A stretch of 58,178 nt of DNA from a virus (lineage: Duplodnaviria > Caudoviricetes). The translations under genes were made by a program, and so were the position numbers. Position 1 is the stretch's first letter, and each line of letters starts with the position of its first letter. Location: positions 1-58,178 of the IMG/VR virus record IMGVR_UViG_3300038696_000123; one strand, given 5' to 3'. This document shows positions 34,692-44,497 of the stretch, one piece after another. The notes below the pieces were generated by a model, which was given only the letters and a program-made list of their open reading frames with translations, was not told the origin of the DNA and did not search any database.

Positions 34692-35543
34692 TTAGAATGG
34701 GGGCTCGTCATCAACACCGCCGGAGCTTCCCCCGCCGGAGTATCCGCCCGCAGGGGGAGTATCCGGCTGCTCACCTGACGCTCCCTCCTGGGCCATCTTC
34801 AGCTCGCCCGAGGACTTCTGGCGGACCATCTCAGCCCCCATCTGGACAACCTCGCTGTCCGCCGGGAGGCGGGCACCGTTGGCGTCCTTGTTGGGGCTAT
34901 CGAACTCAGCAGTGTACAGGAACCAGGACTGGTTGCCGTCCACCTTCTTCAGGGTCCCGATGCGCCAGACGTGACAGAACCAGGGGGCCTTGAACTTGCG
35001 TCCACCGGAGCCCAGCAGCATAATGCTGTCGGAGCGGTTGACGATGCTCTTGTAGGTCTTGATCCGGGTGGAGGTGAAGCTGACCACAACCGGCTTGGGC
35101 TCGCCCTCGTCATCGCCCTCCTCGGGGAGGAGGATGCCGAACAAGTAGAACGTCTCAACGAGGTCGTTGCCGTTCCGCAGGCTGATCTTGCCGCGCTGCG
35201 TCTTGGCCCACTTGGCGATGTCCTCGCCCATCCCGTAGGAAGCCACCAGGCCACCACCATTGTCAATCGGCACCCACTCGACAAACGCGTGTTCCCGGCA
35301 GGCCGGGACAAAGCGGATTGTTTCATACAGCTTCAGCGTGGCCGTGTCGATGATCATGCCCGCCTTGGCACCGTCAACTGTCTCAATCTCAGGGCTGTTC
35401 TTCTCCAGCACCTTGAGGAACGGTACAGAGCGGTCAGAGCTGTCGAGGTCGTCAAGGCCCTGCCCTGCGAACTCCTCCAGCCCGGCGTATTCAGCCGGGA
35501 GCCCGGCCTGTTCCTTCTTCGCAACTTCAGTTTTGGTCGCCAT
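34692..35543 (-). CDS. Putative ssDNA-binding protein
   Basis: Gly-rich acidic tail ending DDEPPF; replication module position. Confidence 0.6.
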   Translation of the reverse strand: MATKTEVAKKEQAGLPAEYAGLEEFAGQGLDDLDSSDRSVPFLKVLEKNSPEIETVDGAKAGMIIDTATLKLYETIRFVPACREHAFVEWVPIDNGGGLVASYGMGEDIAKWAKTQRGKISLRNGNDLVETFYLFGILLPEEGDDEGEPKPVVVSFTSTRIKTYKSIVNRSDSIMLLGSGGRKFKAPWFCHVWRIGTLKKVDGNQSWFLYTAEFDSPNKDANGARLPADSEVVQMGAEMVRQKSSGELKMAQEGASGEQPDTPPAGGYSGGGSSGGVDDEPPF

Positions 35544-35644
35544 GTGGCGTCTCCTTCTCAATGTGAGGCGGGTTGTAGCGCCCCGGCTCATCGCGCGTCC
35601 CCCGAGCAGGGGGGCCTCTCACCACTAGACCAGGTGACGGTATC

Positions 35645-36190
35645 TCATGTTGCCGCCTTGACGTCAGCGAACTTGGTGACCTCAGCCCCCATCTCAGCCA
35701 GGGGCATGTCCTGTCCCTTTGAGAGGAGCTCACGGACCAGAGCCCCGAAGGTCTGCGGGTGAACGTCCAGCTTGGCCGCCGGGGACCACCCGAGGGTGAC
35801 CAGCTTCCCGGACAGCTCATCAACCTGCTCCTGGGTCACCTTCCCCATGGACACCTTGACCTCCCGCTTGACGATCCCGGCGTGGCCGTGGTTCTCCAGC
35901 CACTTGATGGTTAGGGCCTTCTGGTCCTGGTCGGGACGCCACTGGGTGCCTGTCTTCATCGACACCTTGAGGCCGTCTATGGTCGTCAACGCCTCCTGAC
36001 CGGCGCTTGTCATCAGCTCGGGCATTGTCTCCTGCTGGAGCACGCTCAGGACCTTATTGGCGTCCTTCAGCTGCTCCTCCCGCTCCCGCACAAGGGCCTG
36101 GGCCTCCAGGATGTCCCGGGCCGTCTGTGCGATCTGTGCGAGGATGTTGTCTCCAAGCGGGGCTTGGGCAAATTCTTCATATCCAGTCAT
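35645..36190 (-). CDS. Replication-module phage protein (coiled-coil N-terminus)
   Basis: WLENHGHAGIVK...VHPQTF motif; strong RBS. Confidence 0.7.
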   Translation of the reverse strand: MTGYEEFAQAPLGDNILAQIAQTARDILEAQALVREREEQLKDANKVLSVLQQETMPELMTSAGQEALTTIDGLKVSMKTGTQWRPDQDQKALTIKWLENHGHAGIVKREVKVSMGKVTQEQVDELSGKLVTLGWSPAAKLDVHPQTFGALVRELLSKGQDMPLAEMGAEVTKFADVKAAT

Positions 36191-36221
36191 CAATGGTTCT
36201 CCTTTTCTCCGCCCTCAGAGA

Positions 36222-36584
36222 CTACCCCTGGGGCTCCTCCGGGTCAACCTGAAACACTTGAGCGGACACAGGAGTGTAGCGCCGTTCCCGCCCATGCCAC
36301 TGGAGCAGGTTCAGCCGTCCCTCGTTCATGTCTGCGGCCACAGCCGTTGCCCAACCGATGAGGATGGGGTTGCCGGTCAGGAGGAGGTGGTCAGCGTCCC
36401 CGAAGTCCCGGAGGCCCTCCCAGAGCTCAGGCATCACCGTCTCCGGGTTCCAGGGCGCTGCGGTGGGGCTCAAGAGGTACTTCAGCGGCCCATACTCCTC
36501 CGCCGGGGTGAGGTCGTGGACAGCCTCATACTGCCCTGTGTCCCGGTTGTAGCGCCGGTGGTCCTGTACAATGAATACAGTCAT
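36222..36584 (-). CDS. Hypothetical protein
   Basis: ATGA-coupled to the helicase. Confidence 0.7.
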   Translation of the reverse strand: MTVFIVQDHRRYNRDTGQYEAVHDLTPAEEYGPLKYLLSPTAAPWNPETVMPELWEGLRDFGDADHLLLTGNPILIGWATAVAADMNEGRLNLLQWHGRERRYTPVSAQVFQVDPEEPQG

Positions 36585-38053
36585 TCAATCCATCCCTTCT
36601 TCTTGTCGCCCATGATCACGTTGGCAACGTCCAGCTTGGCCACCAGGGCGTCGATGGCCCTCTCATCCCGCGTCCCGGGGCACACCAGGTCAACGTAGGT
36701 GACGTGGTCATCCTGCCCGATGCGGTGGTTGCGGTCCTCAGTCTGGAGGCGGTCAATGAGCTTGTAGCTGTTGTTGTAGTAAATCGTTGTCTTGGCCTCG
36801 TTGAGCGTGAGGCCCTCTGACATCTGGGAGTTGGCAACAAAGTCAGTCGCATCCCCGTGCTTGAAGGCGTCCTTGGCCCGCTGCCGCTCGTCATCGCTGA
36901 CCCTCCCGTCATAGCGGACGGGGTTGCGGCCCATCTCCCGGAGCACGTCCAGGATCATCTCAATGTCCCGGGTCCAGGTGGCCCAAATAATGGTCTTGCC
37001 GTTGACGTCCTCCATCGTGTCCCGGAGGAGCTTGAGCCGGGGGTTCTTGTCCCGCTCAATCAGCTCGGTGGGCTCATCCTCCCCGTCCACCGGGATGTAC
37101 CCGCAGAGGACCTGCTGGAGGCGCAGCATGCGGGTGATCGCCAGGGGGGCAGTCACCAGCTCCCCGCTGTCGAGCCACGCCATGAACTCGCCCTCCACGC
37201 TGTCGTACACGCGGCGCTGGGCCGGGCTCATCTCATAGTACCGCTTGGTGAACAGCTTGGGCGGGAGGTCCAGCACGTCATCCTTGGTCACCCGGGAGCT
37301 GATCAGCCGGATCGCCTCTGCCAGGTGCTCCAGGTTCTGGTAGCCCACCAGCATGTCAAATTCGCGCTTCTGGGCGTTGTTCCAACCCTTGTCCCAGACG
37401 CCAAAGAAGCTCTTGAAGGCCGTGAAGCTCCCGATGTCCAGCTCACGCCTCCAGAACTCCGGGTCAAGGAAGGCCAACTGTGTGTAGATGTCGAAGGGGC
37501 CGTTGGTCACCGGCGTCCCAGAGAGCACCCGGCGGTAGGCGGCATGCTTGCCCCCGGCCAGGATGGAGCGGGTGCGCCGGGCGGAGGGCGTCTTGATGCG
37601 GTGGCTCTCGTCAAGGGTGAGGAGGACGCGCCGCTTGCGCATCATGTTCCACACCGCCTTCTTGCCCCTGTCCGTCATCCAGGCGTCATAGCTGATGGCG
37701 AGGAGCGGGAGGCCGTTGTGACCCATGAGCCGCTCAACCTCTACCTGGTGCCACTTGGTGTCGGCACTCGGGGCGGAGTAGGCGTGGGCCCGCAGCGGGA
37801 TGTCCGGGCTCAGGTGGGTCGGGAGCTCATCGGTGATCCAGTTGCGGTGGACGCCATTTGGGGCCACCACAATCGCCGCGTCAACCTCGCCCTCGGTGTA
37901 CAGGTGCCCGAGGGTGTCGATGGTCAGCTTGGACTTGCCGGTGCCCTGCTCCCAGAAGGCCGCAAAGGCGTTCAGGTCGCGGGACGCCTCCCAGACCTCA
38001 GCCTGGTGGGCAAACGGTTGTGTGTGGAACTGGTAGCTCAAGGGGTCCTCCAT
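36581..38053 (-). CDS. SNF2-like SF2 helicase
   Basis: EQGTGKS, DESH, LSGTP and QTEDRNHRIGQ motifs. Confidence 0.92.
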   Translation of the reverse strand: MEDPLSYQFHTQPFAHQAEVWEASRDLNAFAAFWEQGTGKSKLTIDTLGHLYTEGEVDAAIVVAPNGVHRNWITDELPTHLSPDIPLRAHAYSAPSADTKWHQVEVERLMGHNGLPLLAISYDAWMTDRGKKAVWNMMRKRRVLLTLDESHRIKTPSARRTRSILAGGKHAAYRRVLSGTPVTNGPFDIYTQLAFLDPEFWRRELDIGSFTAFKSFFGVWDKGWNNAQKREFDMLVGYQNLEHLAEAIRLISSRVTKDDVLDLPPKLFTKRYYEMSPAQRRVYDSVEGEFMAWLDSGELVTAPLAITRMLRLQQVLCGYIPVDGEDEPTELIERDKNPRLKLLRDTMEDVNGKTIIWATWTRDIEMILDVLREMGRNPVRYDGRVSDDERQRAKDAFKHGDATDFVANSQMSEGLTLNEAKTTIYYNNSYKLIDRLQTEDRNHRIGQDDHVTYVDLVCPGTRDERAIDALVAKLDVANVIMGDKKKGWIE

Positions 38054-38066
38054 TTCTCAGGCCCCG

Positions 38067-38095
38067 ATCCTACCCGGGGGAGGGCGGGGGAGGAA
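38067..38095 (-). promoter_or_regulatory. Putative promoter of the replication module
   Basis: TTCCTC-N17-TAGGAT, adjacent to repeat copy B. Confidence 0.4.
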
Positions 38096-38113
38096 GCCCA
38101 AAAGGGCTGGCGC

Positions 38114-38392
38114 AGCGGAACGGCTTTCTTAACTTCGCACACCGGCCCACAGGCAAGTCGTTCCGCATAACCAGTTGACCCCCCAGGCAAAACTCGACTT
38201 ACTTAACTTTCTTAACTTAATTAGGGGAGGGCAGTCTTAACTTCCCTGTCGGGCGAAGCCCGACCTGGGTAAGAAAGTGGAGAAAGTTAAGACGGGACAG
38301 ATTCAGTCAAGGTTCTCAAACACTTGTGCGTCTTAACTTAGGGCAGGGCGGTGGCTGCGAAGTTAAGACGACAGGCCCCTAAGTTAAGACGG
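38114..38392. repeat. Duplicated iteron-like non-coding element, copy B
   Basis: Direct repeat of 2457-2735 at a constant offset of 35657. Confidence 0.92.
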
Positions 38393-38614
38393 GCACCCCC
38401 AGGCGGTGCGTGCCCTGTTGTTGGCCCTGGCCTCCCGGATGGTCTGGTCAGTGTCCCGGGAGGACCAGCTGATGGGCAGCCAGCTCCCACAGACGGCCAG
38501 GGGCCGGGCTCCCTCGGGCGGGGGCTCAGTCGCGCCGGTGCCCATCGTCATCACGCAGCCGGTCAGGAGGAGGCTCATCACTGCGAGCGAGGGAAGCCTT
38601 GTAAATGCGTTCAT
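38384..38614 (-). CDS. Outer-membrane spanin (lipoprotein)
   Basis: LLTGC lipobox, Pro-rich, overlaps the i-spanin candidate. Confidence 0.7.
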   Translation of the reverse strand: MNAFTRLPSLAVMSLLLTGCVMTMGTGATEPPPEGARPLAVCGSWLPISWSSRDTDQTIREARANNRARTAWGCPS

Positions 38615-38741
38615 GAAGGTCCTCCAGCTGGCGGGTGACCAGCCGCGCCTCCCCGGACGCCCTCAGCTCCTCATCCCGGACGCGGGTTGCGACGTAGGAT
38701 GCGAGGCTGAGGAGCGCCCGGAGGAGCGCAAGCCAGCTCAC
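38526..38741 (-). CDS. Inner-membrane spanin candidate
   Basis: N-terminal TM followed by a helical region; between holin and o-spanin. Confidence 0.6.
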   Translation of the reverse strand: MSWLALLRALLSLASYVATRVRDEELRASGEARLVTRQLEDLHERIYKASLARSDEPPPDRLRDDDGHRRD

Positions 38742-38953
38742 TTGCCGATTGCCTTGGTGGCGGTGACGCGCCCGTAGATGGCGATTAGGCCACCAACTGC
38801 GGAGGCGATGCCGGAAACAGCCTCCACGAGGGAGGCCTGGTCAGTCTCGCTGACGCTGTATCCGAAGATGGCTGTGCCGCCTGCGAGGAGGGCGACAACG
38901 CCGCCCCAGACAGTCTTGGAGGCAAAGATGCCCTTGGTGTCGTAAAGTGCCAT
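38738..38953 (-). CDS. Holin (two TM)
   Basis: SKTVWGGVVALL...GGLIAIYGRV; follows the endolysin. Confidence 0.75.
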   Translation of the reverse strand: MALYDTKGIFASKTVWGGVVALLAGGTAIFGYSVSETDQASLVEAVSGIASAVGGLIAIYGRVTATKAIGK

Positions 38954-38980
38954 GTTGGTTCTCCTTGTTGTGCCCGGGGG

Positions 38981-39009
38981 ACTATACCCCGCCCGGGCGT
39001 GCGGGGATA
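38981..39009 (-). promoter_or_regulatory. Putative promoter upstream of the holin
   Basis: TATCCC-N17-TATAGT (good -10, weak -35). Confidence 0.4.
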
Positions 39010-39014
39010 GCCGT

Positions 39015-39842
39015 TCAGAGCCCAGGGGCCTGGACGTGCATCCAGTCGAAGTCGCGGGCACGGCCCAGGCTCAGCCAGCCCTCAGCCTCCCAGCACCTCC
39101 AGAACTCCTCCGCATCCGGCTTGGCGAGGCGGGCACGGGTCGCGTTCCACCTCAGCTGGTTGCGCTCCGGGTCAGTGTCGATGGCCAGGCCGTAGGCGTG
39201 TGTGGACAGCGTGGAGCCGCCCCGCTTCTTGCGGTAGTTGTAGCAGCCGCCGAACAGGTCGATGCCCAGCCGCCGGATGTCCTCCGGGCTGTAGGCACTC
39301 GCCACCCTGGCATAGACCCTCTCAGCGCTCTGTGCCACGTCCTCGTGGCAGGAGAAGCGCCGGACAATGGAGCCCTTGTCCCAGGCGATGCGCATGCTGA
39401 ACGGGAGGTCCACCTTGCCCGCCGTGCACTGGGCCCCCCCGGCAGGCCCGAAGCGCCTGTCCATGTCGCGCTGCCGCCCCCAGCTGTTCTCAACAACCGG
39501 GCCGTCCTCCGGCTCATCGTCGGGACGCCAGGCAGCCAGGCGCTCGCCCTCCCGCTGGAGGTGGTCCCACTCGCTGTACGCCTGGATGGTATCGGGCCCA
39601 ACCAGGCCGTCAATCACGCCAACGTCCGGGAAGCCCGCGTGCTTCAGGATGAGCTGGAAGGCCGCGATGCCGCGCCGCCGGTCACCCCAGCGCCTGTAGC
39701 TTCCCCGGACCTCATCCGCCCGGGACTCAAGCAGCCCGTCGATGCCTGTCATGCTCTTGGGCCCGAGGTCCCCGTCAAGGGCTCCGCTGTACCGGCCCCC
39801 GGCCTTCAGGAGCCTCTGGATGTCGAAGTTGCTGATGTCCAC
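39015..39842 (-). CDS. Endolysin: two PG-binding repeats plus M15-family peptidase
   Basis: DGDLGPKS and DGLVGPDT repeats; R...STHAYGLAID...DWMH. Confidence 0.88.
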   Translation of the reverse strand: MDISNFDIQRLLKAGGRYSGALDGDLGPKSMTGIDGLLESRADEVRGSYRRWGDRRRGIAAFQLILKHAGFPDVGVIDGLVGPDTIQAYSEWDHLQREGERLAAWRPDDEPEDGPVVENSWGRQRDMDRRFGPAGGAQCTAGKVDLPFSMRIAWDKGSIVRRFSCHEDVAQSAERVYARVASAYSPEDIRRLGIDLFGGCYNYRKKRGGSTLSTHAYGLAIDTDPERNQLRWNATRARLAKPDAEEFWRCWEAEGWLSLGRARDFDWMHVQAPGL

Positions 39843-39853
39843 TGCGCTTCTCC

Positions 39854-42800
39854 CTATGAAACCAGCTGGCTGAACTCAGCGCTGGTGTTGTAGCCGTCCC
39901 CGCCTGCGTAGCTGTCCTCAGCAACCAGGCGGAAGTACACCGTGGAGGCGGGGGTCAGGCCGGAGATGTTGACGCCCAGGGCGGCACCCCGGAACGCCTC
40001 GTTGGATGGGCCAGGGGTGAACCCGGAGGTGCCGTCAGCATACAGGACGTACACCGTGGCGTTGGTGGAGGCATCCCACTCCGCGTCAACCTCCCCGGAG
40101 GTCCCGGAGGAGGTGGTGATGTTCGCGGGCACAGCCGGGGCCACGTCGCTGATGGCGAGGACCGTGGCAGCGCTCACCAGTGTTCCGTTCTGGGCCTTGA
40201 CCCGGAGCTCAAGGGACCGCCAAGGCCCCCCGGCAGAGGCCAGCGAACTCCCGGTGATGACGATACTGGTTGAGGTCACAGTGAAGCTCGCCCGGAGGGT
40301 CCCGCCCTGCCAGAGCTCAGCAACGTAGGATGATGCGGCCGCAACCGGCGTCCACTGCGCGTTCACCTCCTGGCCGTCATAGGCGGTCACGAGGCTGACC
40401 ACAGCAGGGGCCGCCATGGATACATCAGTGACCGTCTCCTCCGCCGGGGTGCCCTCCCCAGCGGCATTGATCGGCACCACCACCAGCCGGAAGGCGTCCC
40501 AGGGACCTCCCGCAGCAGACACGTCAGTTGAGGTGAACAGGACAGAGGAGCCGGAGAGGGTCCGGGACATCACCAGGTCGGTGTAGGCCCCCCCGTCATC
40601 AATGTACACCTCAACACGGTAGGACGTGGCCCGGGGGGCCAGCCCCCAGCTTGCCGTCAGGACACCTGCGCCCGTGTCCGCTGACACAGAGAGGCTCTGC
40701 GGCTGTCCCGGGAGGAGGGTGGGGGTGCCGTAGGTGACGGGGGTGGGGGACGGCAGGGCAGCAGGCCCCCGGAACTGGCCGATGCCGAACACCCGGACAT
40801 AGACTGGACCAGCCTCTGTAGTGAACTGGGCGGAGGCGAGGGGGCCGTCATACACACTCTCCCAGGTGACCCCGTCCGGGCTGACCTGGAGCAGGTAGGT
40901 TGACGCACCCGGGGCCGCATTCCAGCTGGCGTCCAGGAGCACTGGACTGCTTGGGCTGGAGGGGTTCTGGCTGACTGAGAGCCCAGTCACCACCGGGGCA
41001 TCCGGGACTGTTCCGGGGCCGTAGGGGCTCACCTCATCCGGTGGGGTGCCAAGGTCCACCTCATACACCCTTGGGTCATCGTTGGTCAGGACCATCTGGA
41101 CAGTGCCGCCCTTGTCGGGAGTGCTCCCCACCACCTTGAACTTCCTGCTGTACGTGTCGAGGGTCCCGCACATCGCCCGGGTGGGTTCTTGGTCAAGGTC
41201 GAGGTATACAGGGATCACTCCCATGACTCCCTCAACTGCTGAGAGGTCCCCCGCGTCAAGGGTGACGCTGAACCCGTCTGTTGAAACGGCAGCGACAACA
41301 ACTGGTCCCCAGAGCCTGCCCCGGCGGTCGCTGAGGCCGACAACGGTTGTGGTGTCGTCAACCGGCTCGCTGAGCCCAAGGATGCGCGTGCCCGCGTGCC
41401 AGGACTCAACCTCAGCGCTCTGTCCCCAGCGGGCCATGTCGTGGGACACAGCAACGCTGTCACCCCGGATGAGCAGCCTGCCCTCCATCTCAGTCGTGAG
41501 GGAGGCGAACACCCGGCGGTACAGGTTGGCGGCTGCCTGGTAGATGCCCTCACGCCAGGCGTGGGTCCGGTTCACCACGCCAAACATCTGGATGCGGGCG
41601 GGGTTCTCCTCGGTGCTACCATCAATCTTGCACAGGACCTCGTTGCGCTCCCAGGTGCGCTCGTCATAATACTCAATGATCACCGCGTCCGGGCTGTCCT
41701 CGTCATACAGGATGTGGGTTGTCTCAAAGGAGCCCCGGATGATGTTGCGGGGGGTCATGACGCCACGGGTGATCTCATGGGCCTCGTCACGCACGAATGA
41801 GACCTTGCCGGCAATCAGGAGGGGCTGTGCGCGCCCAACCATGAGGGACTGGACAAGGGAGGTCCACAGCGTCTGCTTGCGGTCAAACACAGCGTCAAAC
41901 TTGTCTCCCCGGGCCGTCCACTTGTCAGCAAGGGACAGGAGCGCCGGGAGGTCAATGCGGCTGTCCTGGAGCCCGGCCCCGTAGATGTCGTTGCGGAGGA
42001 TGTCGGCTGCTGCCCAGGCAGGGTTCCGGGTTGTCTGCGGGGCGCTCCAGGTGGTACCGTCCCATACCGGGACCTTGGCTGTCTGGATGGTGTTGAAGCG
42101 CCGGGAGGACTGGTCAGTGAGCTGGTTGGTGGCCCTCATAACCACCGCCATCAGGGTTACATCATCAAACGTGTTGTCGTCAGGGATGAAGGCCCGGAGG
42201 CTTCCCCACGTGACGTCATTCGCATAGCGGGTGTCGGCCCTCTTGTTGGTGAGCCTGCGGAGGCGGACCTCATAGCGCCCGAGGGTGAGGCCATAGGTGC
42301 GGGTCACGCGCTGCGGCGTGGGTGTCTTTTTGGTGAGCTCATAGTCCTCCATCGTCACCCAGGAGCCGGTCGGGTCACCCGCAGCATCAACGGCCCGGGC
42401 CTGGACACGGACGCTGAGGGAGAGGTTGTTGAGCTTCCCCTCGTCGTTGGCGTAGTACAGCCCACGGGGGTAGATGATGTCCACTTGGAGCTTGTCGGTG
42501 TCGCGGTCAGCTGGGTTGACTGTGAAAGGTCCGATCCAGCTGATGGTGTTCAGGTTCACCGCCTCGCCTGTGGTGGTGCCGAGGTCCCCGTCAACCTCCA
42601 CCCACTCGCCCGTCCCGGACGTGCCCACCACTGTGTAGGTCCCGTCCACAGCAGCGGAGCCGGTGATCACCAGCTCATCACCCACGGCGATGTAGTCCAG
42701 CTTCTCATCCTGGTCCGCCGTGGACATGGTGACCCGCGCTGTAGCAAAGTCAACAGTGCGACCAGCGTCAATACAGAGGGCCTCCTGACCACCCACCTCC

Positions 42801-43540
42801 ACGGAGGTCAGGACGGCTGCCGGGAACAGGGTCACGCTCCCGCCGGGCGGAATGATCTCCATCTGGACATCAGAGAAGGAGGCGGAGAAGCCGTCAACAC
42901 TGTCCCACAGGGTCGTGTCCTCAATGCGGACCTCCTCCACGTCATACTCCCCCACCCCGAGGCAGAACAGCTGGTACAGGAACTGGTCATTACCCTCATA
43001 GGTCGCATATGGCTGGGAGGCAAAGTCAGGGTAGATGATGTGGCGTCCATAGAGCCGGGGGATCGGCTCCAGGAGCCGTGCACTGTTCCCCTGGGCGCTG
43101 AGGGAGTAGGTGGGCGAGGCTGAGATGGGGTCCCGCGCCCCGGGCGTCTCCGGCGGGAGCAGGGCGTTGATCAGAAAGGAGCCAGCGATGACGAGGCCAG
43201 CGCTGATGAGGGAGATACCAATTGCTGAGGTGATGCCCAGGGCTCCCCCGATGATGGGGGCCACAATCGGGGCGATGACGGACAGGGCGATGAGCGCAAC
43301 GGCTCGCAACAGCTTCTTTGCTCCGCCGCCCTGAGGCATGACGACAAATTGAACGCTGTCTGTGACTATCACGGGGCGGCCCCAGTCGCAGCGGAGGAGG
43401 GGCTCACCGTTGAACACGCACACCACAGGCCGGTCCTGCGGGGCGAGGCGCTCAAAGTGTTCCTGCACGCTCTCCCCCGGGCGCATCTCAGAGCGCTCCA
43501 AGAAGCTCAGCGGGGTTGTAAGCTCAACCGATCCATTCAT
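39854..43540 (-). CDS. Tail tip/central fibre protein (lambda J-like) with C-terminal FN3 repeats
   Basis: IPRLYG, RNPAW and FDAVFD motifs; beta-rich FN3-like repeats. Confidence 0.85.
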   Translation of the reverse strand: MNGSVELTTPLSFLERSEMRPGESVQEHFERLAPQDRPVVCVFNGEPLLRCDWGRPVIVTDSVQFVVMPQGGGAKKLLRAVALIALSVIAPIVAPIIGGALGITSAIGISLISAGLVIAGSFLINALLPPETPGARDPISASPTYSLSAQGNSARLLEPIPRLYGRHIIYPDFASQPYATYEGNDQFLYQLFCLGVGEYDVEEVRIEDTTLWDSVDGFSASFSDVQMEIIPPGGSVTLFPAAVLTSVEVGGQEALCIDAGRTVDFATARVTMSTADQDEKLDYIAVGDELVITGSAAVDGTYTVVGTSGTGEWVEVDGDLGTTTGEAVNLNTISWIGPFTVNPADRDTDKLQVDIIYPRGLYYANDEGKLNNLSLSVRVQARAVDAAGDPTGSWVTMEDYELTKKTPTPQRVTRTYGLTLGRYEVRLRRLTNKRADTRYANDVTWGSLRAFIPDDNTFDDVTLMAVVMRATNQLTDQSSRRFNTIQTAKVPVWDGTTWSAPQTTRNPAWAAADILRNDIYGAGLQDSRIDLPALLSLADKWTARGDKFDAVFDRKQTLWTSLVQSLMVGRAQPLLIAGKVSFVRDEAHEITRGVMTPRNIIRGSFETTHILYDEDSPDAVIIEYYDERTWERNEVLCKIDGSTEENPARIQMFGVVNRTHAWREGIYQAAANLYRRVFASLTTEMEGRLLIRGDSVAVSHDMARWGQSAEVESWHAGTRILGLSEPVDDTTTVVGLSDRRGRLWGPVVVAAVSTDGFSVTLDAGDLSAVEGVMGVIPVYLDLDQEPTRAMCGTLDTYSRKFKVVGSTPDKGGTVQMVLTNDDPRVYEVDLGTPPDEVSPYGPGTVPDAPVVTGLSVSQNPSSPSSPVLLDASWNAAPGASTYLLQVSPDGVTWESVYDGPLASAQFTTEAGPVYVRVFGIGQFRGPAALPSPTPVTYGTPTLLPGQPQSLSVSADTGAGVLTASWGLAPRATSYRVEVYIDDGGAYTDLVMSRTLSGSSVLFTSTDVSAAGGPWDAFRLVVVPINAAGEGTPAEETVTDVSMAAPAVVSLVTAYDGQEVNAQWTPVAAASSYVAELWQGGTLRASFTVTSTSIVITGSSLASAGGPWRSLELRVKAQNGTLVSAATVLAISDVAPAVPANITTSSGTSGEVDAEWDASTNATVYVLYADGTSGFTPGPSNEAFRGAALGVNISGLTPASTVYFRLVAEDSYAGGDGYNTSAEFSQLVS

Positions 43541-43937
43541 TGTAGGTGAACCTCCTCCAGCCCGCTGCCTGCAGCGTTGCAATCCTGTCGAAGCAGACGC
43601 CAGCCGGGTTCTGGGAGTGTAGTATGCCGCCCCCATCAACGTCAAGGTACACGCCAACGTGGTAGGGGTGACGCCCAGAGGACATCTCAACGAGGCGTCC
43701 GTGTGTCGGGCCGTCAGCGCGGGTCCAGCTCATCCGGGCCTTTGTGGTCGCAATCTCCCGCATGACAGTGCGAACGTCCTCAGCGTTAATGCGTATGTCC
43801 GGGAGCTGGCGCAGGAACAGCCGCCCCTGGACGGCCTGGGCTATGCCCCAGCAGTCGTATGCGTCTGGACCGTTTGCGCCGCTTTTCCACGGGAGCCCTA
43901 TCAGGCTGTTGACAAACTCCTGCTCATCCTGGGTCAC
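43524..43937 (-). CDS. NlpC/P60 tail tip assembly protein
   Basis: GPDAYDCWG...HVGVY...ILH. Confidence 0.85.
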   Translation of the reverse strand: MTQDEQEFVNSLIGLPWKSGANGPDAYDCWGIAQAVQGRLFLRQLPDIRINAEDVRTVMREIATTKARMSWTRADGPTHGRLVEMSSGRHPYHVGVYLDVDGGGILHSQNPAGVCFDRIATLQAAGWRRFTYNEWIG

Positions 43938-44497
43938 TGGACAAGCCCCTGGAACTCGCTGGGGCGGTACAGCTTCTTGGGGAAGCTCTTGTTGACCAGG
44001 TCGCTGAACTGCGCTGTCCCGGTAACCCGCCCGAGGTTTGACTTGACCTCCTTGAGGGTCAGGCCCCCGAGGATGAACTGGGGCTCGCCCATGTCACTGG
44101 CGATGTACTCCCTGTAGGTCAGCTCCATGGGTGCCTTCAGGCCGATTGCCGCGTCAAGGTGCTCCATCACGAGGCGGGTCACGTTGTCCAGCTCCACCTC
44201 AATGGTCGGCAGGCTCCCCTCCTTCTGGTCAGGGAGGGTGAGGCTGAACATACAGGCCTGGAAGAACACCACCTGGCCCGCCTGGACTGGGGCATCGACC
44301 TCCAGCCCAAGGAAGTGGCCGTCAACCTCCTCCCCTGACACCACGTACTCCTCCCCGTGGTCCATGACCACGCGGATGGACGTGTCTGGGAAGGCCGGGT
44401 GGCGCAGCTCCAGGGTGTGGAGGATGACCTCATCACTCGGCGCAGAGGCATATGCCTCCTGGAGCGCCTCTGTCCAGATGTCGTCGGGGTCTGCCAT
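43934..44497 (-). CDS. DUF1833-like minor tail protein
   Basis: EAYASAP...LHTLELRHP...FP...Y.P. Confidence 0.8.
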   Translation of the reverse strand: MADPDDIWTEALQEAYASAPSDEVILHTLELRHPAFPDTSIRVVMDHGEEYVVSGEEVDGHFLGLEVDAPVQAGQVVFFQACMFSLTLPDQKEGSLPTIEVELDNVTRLVMEHLDAAIGLKAPMELTYREYIASDMGEPQFILGGLTLKEVKSNLGRVTGTAQFSDLVNKSFPKKLYRPSEFQGLVQ

